Assembly: GCA_048013815.1 (NCBI GenBank)
Contig: CM106585.1
Location: 23,250,001-23,314,000 of the forward strand
Length of the DNA stretch: 64,000 nucleotides
Origin: Setoptus koraiensis
Taxonomy: Eukaryota; Animalia; Arthropoda
Direction of reading: 5' to 3'
In this document: positions 59,721 through 64,000 of the stretch, piece by piece
Layout of the letters: each line of letters starts with the position of its first letter
Numbering within the stretch: position 1 is the stretch's first letter
Program-made: the position numbers and the translations under genes
Notes under the pieces: model-generated
The model's database searches: none
What the model was told of the DNA's origin: nothing
Seen by the model: the letters and a program-made list of their open reading frames with translations, nothing else

Positions 59721-60215
59721 ATGTCACAGCTCGAGCGGTCGCCGTCGAAACGGATACAGAGACTAATTGAAGTCTGCAAACAATCAACTTCTTCCTCTTC
59801 TATTGCCACAACGTTAATTAGGAAAAACAAGCTAGCCATTGTAACTGCATACGCAACATCGCCATCTTCTGACGCTCACGACAACAATGATGATTATAAT
59901 AACAACGGGCGAAACAGTAAAAATAATTATAATAATAATAATGATGATGTTGATGTTGATGATAATGACGGAGCTAAACAATCGCGTAATACAAAACAAT
60001 CACATGGACCATTTATTGATGATGAGCTTTCAACAATTTCAAGGACCAGAGATAGGACAACAACAACAATAAATAGATCTCACAAACAAGCTCAAGATGG
60101 CAAAATTGTTGTCTCGTCTTCTTCGGCTGTCATAGGCAACAAACAAACAGACAATGATGATTATGAACATCAAGACTATAATTATGATCACGACGACGGC
60201 AATAATGACCAATAA
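59721..60215 (+). pseudogene. Asp/Asn-rich ORF, possible degenerate tandem paralogue of 58792-59400
   Basis: KQS..IAT.L..LA echoes the neighbour's signal peptide but is interrupted by RKNK. It has a D/N-rich body and a DDYE..DY tail. Confidence 0.35.
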
Positions 60216-61552
60216 CGATGTGCAGCAACATGACTGGTGGCCTATTACCCCAAACGCTCAATTACTCAACCCACTTGCTTGCAAAATACATGTGTTGTTA
60301 CATGTTCACCATGTATATATCAGCAATAATTGACTTATCATCACCTGACATCAACATCTAACGCCTAGATAAGAATTATTGTCGTTGATTCCTCACAAAA
60401 CTGTAATCAACTGTCAAAGATTACAATAATAAGCGTATAAGTAGTAGTAATGGTGGTGGCGGTGGCAGTAGTGGTTGCAATGGTAACAGTTGTAGTTATG
60501 TAATATACTTTTCGCTGAAAATAAAGTGTCCCTTTATTGTTTAATTACTCTCCAATGTATTATTTCGATTTTAATCTATAGTCTGGTCTGAAGTTTTGTA
60601 ATTTCGTTTCACTTAACATACTGTTGTGAGGCAGTTACTTGAGTAACTTATTGTCTTGGCTCACTTGTTTGTTTGAATGACGTATATGTAAACACTACCA
60701 CCACCAACAACAACAACAACCACCACCTTGACACCAACAACAAAATGATCTTCACATCATTGCCGGATGAATTCAATCGGTCGTTGAACGGTTACGATAT
60801 AGCTGTAGACAGCGTAAGCGTGAAGATCAGAAATAACAACGACAAAAATACAAGCGAAGCAAACAACAGCGAGACGGCAAATTGCTGAAATCGTGGCAAA
60901 CATCTTGTCGAGATGCTTCCGCCACAAGCCTTGATCTCTGTTATTTTGCTAAGCGATAAACATTGAAACGAGCGCAGCAATGCGTTGTAGATCGAGTTGG
61001 AAACTCAATCGATGAAGCTATAATTTGTGAGATTCGGCGTCTCTCCAGTCAGTGGACTGAGGCGTGAAAATCCTAGGCCGGAAAGGTACTGTTAATTTGC
61101 TACTTTCTAGTTATCCCTCAGTCTTTCGGAAACAAAAGAAAGGAAAAATTCAGCGGACGTGAAAAAAAATGTGACCAATATCGTGACCAATATCGTGAAA
61201 TTTCTCCCTATTAGAAGTTTCAAGATCTGCGTTCGTAACCTCACTACGATCTAACCAATGAAGTTGCGATCAAACATAATCGATCTAAGCAGGCTAACAG
61301 GTGATCATGCTAAAATTTGGGAAAATATTTGATACAGCAACACATCATGTCAAGTTGAGCAACGTGTTTATTGCATGGAGAAAGAACGGCATCTTTTCTA
61401 ATTCCGTTTGCTTTAGTGGCGTCTTCATTAAGGACCCGTCGTCTGGAAAGACAAATATCATCCGTTCGTTAGGCGATACTGATACTCAATTTGTTGCCGT
61501 GCTAGATAATAGGACGAACCACGACCAGTCTTTCCTAGACTTTGTAAATTTA

Positions 61553-61903
61553 TCAAAACCATTTCTTGGGACAAGGACCTCTGCTTGCTTTAGTCAGTTT
61601 GTCTTCAGCCTCAAAACATCTAAAGTCCGGTGCTATGCCACTGCCCCCATGTGGACTATGGCAGGCAATCACTTTCGAGCACGTCATCTTAATATTCATT
61701 CTTGTTATCGTACTATCGTCTATCGGATCAGATGGGTTATCTACCCAAGAACATCTGTCACAAAAATTTTTCCAGGCTCGAAACTTATTCTTATCATCTG
61801 CATTACGTATTATCGCGTTCCACTCTCTCTGGTTCCCTGTTCGCTTGCATTGTACAACCACCAACAGTAGAATGGCACAAAAAAAGATTATTTGATGCTT
61901 CAT
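61553..61903 (-). CDS. Small secreted Cys-containing protein (116 aa), unknown family
   Basis: ATG plus signal peptide MKHQIIFFCAILLLVVVQC|K. The mature region has six Cys. Confidence 0.65.
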   Translation of the reverse strand: MKHQIIFFCAILLLVVVQCKRTGNQREWNAIIRNADDKNKFRAWKNFCDRCSWVDNPSDPIDDSTITRMNIKMTCSKVIACHSPHGGSGIAPDFRCFEAEDKLTKASRGPCPKKWF

Positions 61904-64000
61904 CTTCTAAATCTAATTGAATTTATTTATTATTCTTATGTTCTGTGAATATCTAATACTTCTTGCAACAAGCGATTCGATCTAATATGAGTTTGAATCT
62001 TTCAGTGATGTCTACAATGTCTTTTGATTTACTATCGGCGAGTTACAGTCATCTTGAATCACAATCCATCTTGTAGGATCTATTCAAGGTGGGAAATCGA
62101 CAAGAAATCGGAGAAATCTAGTGCTGAAAATCGCTCCATGATCGCCGTCTGATTTGATAGCATGTATTTGAAAGCTGATCATGAGTAAAATAACTGAAGC
62201 AAACTATTCTCTAGATCTGTTTTCTAGATCCAGTTATCCATGTGAGCGCTACTTTGAAATTTAAAACCGCTCCTATGAGCTCCTTGATTGCTTTTTGAGA
62301 CGTTATTCATCTCGAATTGACGCTGAAAGTGCATTTCGGATGGTCTAGTCAGAATGAAAAAACGGATTCACCGGCAGAAACGCACCCATTGCTCTATGGT
62401 GTATGCTCAATCGAATGAATGAAATTTCATTGATATTGACGAGAGCAGTTTTTAACGGACTGGCCAATTTTGAGTCGCTTCATCCTCTTATTCCAGTTGG
62501 CAGCATCTGACATGATATTCACGGATAGTTTCGGTGCCGAGGACCAGGATCAATTTTGCTACAGACATTATCAACTTTAGTGCCGACTCGCCATTTTTCT
62601 TCTGCCATCTGTTAATACATTATCGTCGATGAATTTACCCAGATTGATACTGTTTTAAAGCGCGAAACAACCTTTTCACAAACGACCCCCTCTTGGACAA
62701 AGATTTTCTTGTTATAATTTCATCTGCAACACCAAATATCATCTAGTTTCTGTGTAAACTCGACATTTTGATTCTTCTATCTGCCATACCCACCAGTTGA
62801 TTGTCAACAGCATTCAATCCAATATTATATTGCAATACAAGCATCTGCATATTAGGTCGAATCGATGTTTTTCTATTGCGAAAAATATTAATCCTGATTC
62901 AGTGTTGTACGTTGTTCTGTTAATGAGCAAATACCATATCGTACACGATAATATTTGATTGAACTTGATGTGGACGCGAAATCAGTGGGCATTGAGTTAA
63001 TTGCAACCTGAGAAAATTTATCGGTAATTCACCAGTTGATAGTTCAATAACGCATACTCTTGCTACCAACAATTGTAAGTCTGGCCAGTTCAGAAATCTC
63101 TCGCTATGCCGGTCTCGCCTGTGGACCAACCAAGCTGAACACTCACGTGACAAATTAATTCAGTTATTCAACGCTTATTATTGATTATTCTTTCTCTAAA
63201 CAAGACTGTACATGCCATCGTCATACCTGATTTCAATAGCAGCCATTTGTAGCTTGTTAATTGTGACATGAGCATAGCAGAAGTAAATGCGAGTTAACGT
63301 AAGCTTATCTAATATTTGTGTATTCCAACAAATCTAAGCAAAAAAATAAGAGAGATACGGACAAATTCAAATTCGCATGCTGACTGCGAACGAAGCAAAT
63401 CGGAAATCGCTGCATGATGCTACATGGAGCCTTGCCATTTGTCTTTGAACTGTCGACTCGTAATTGCTGTCCATTTCCCGGTCGTACATTGCATCATGAT
63501 AACATTGAGTTGCCAAAAGAAAGACATAAGAATGACCACGATTATCTGTTTGCGTAGTTAGTATTATTGTGAATATAATTACTATCGTCTTGATGCAAAA
63601 TATTGCTGTTTGAAATCTCTTATTATTAAGTCTTTTTGTCACTCTCGCTCGAATTTTATTTTTGTCTTATTGTATTTATAGCCCAGCGAGGTAGACAGGT
63701 CAGGAGTGTCAATTTGCTAGGATGGATATCAATTTTATCAATTTGTTGAGACTTCTGACGAACTAAAGATTAGTCAAATTGGAATTGCGAACCAACAAGC
63801 ACAATCGGAATACGTTAGTGAGGATAATATAAATAGGGCTGGCACCGGATTGGTGTCATCGAGTTAGATAAGTAGAACTTGTGAGTAAACTTCAAAAGAT
63901 TTACGAGGTCCCAACACGTCTTCCTTATCAAGTATCCAGTGCAAACCTATCAAAGAAAGAATTAACCCGAAAATGAACAAAAAATCAGTTCAATCTTTAA

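Overview
Eukaryotic (arthropod) nuclear DNA. Short AT-rich introns, intron-poor housekeeping genes and CAA-repeat-swollen proteins suggest an acariform mite (inference, not a database match). The window has three zones. (1) 2-17 kb: a compact cluster of a 1879-aa orphan ORF, DDX10, GPAT3/4, mitochondrial ACP (NDUFAB1, with two alternative helix-I exons), GTPBP6/HflX and NDRG. (2) About 19-55 kb: a microsatellite-rich domain holding a four-exon Kekkon-type LRR-Ig receptor (CDS up to 29607-51659) with a very long open N-terminal frame, then a GT31 galactosyltransferase on the minus strand. (3) About 55-64 kb, around and beyond a 500-N gap: small secreted-protein genes, decayed ORFs and repeat relics. 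No rRNA, tRNA or CRISPR array was found. Splice models were built by hand from GT-AG sites and frame continuity. All family calls come from motif recognition, not from searches.
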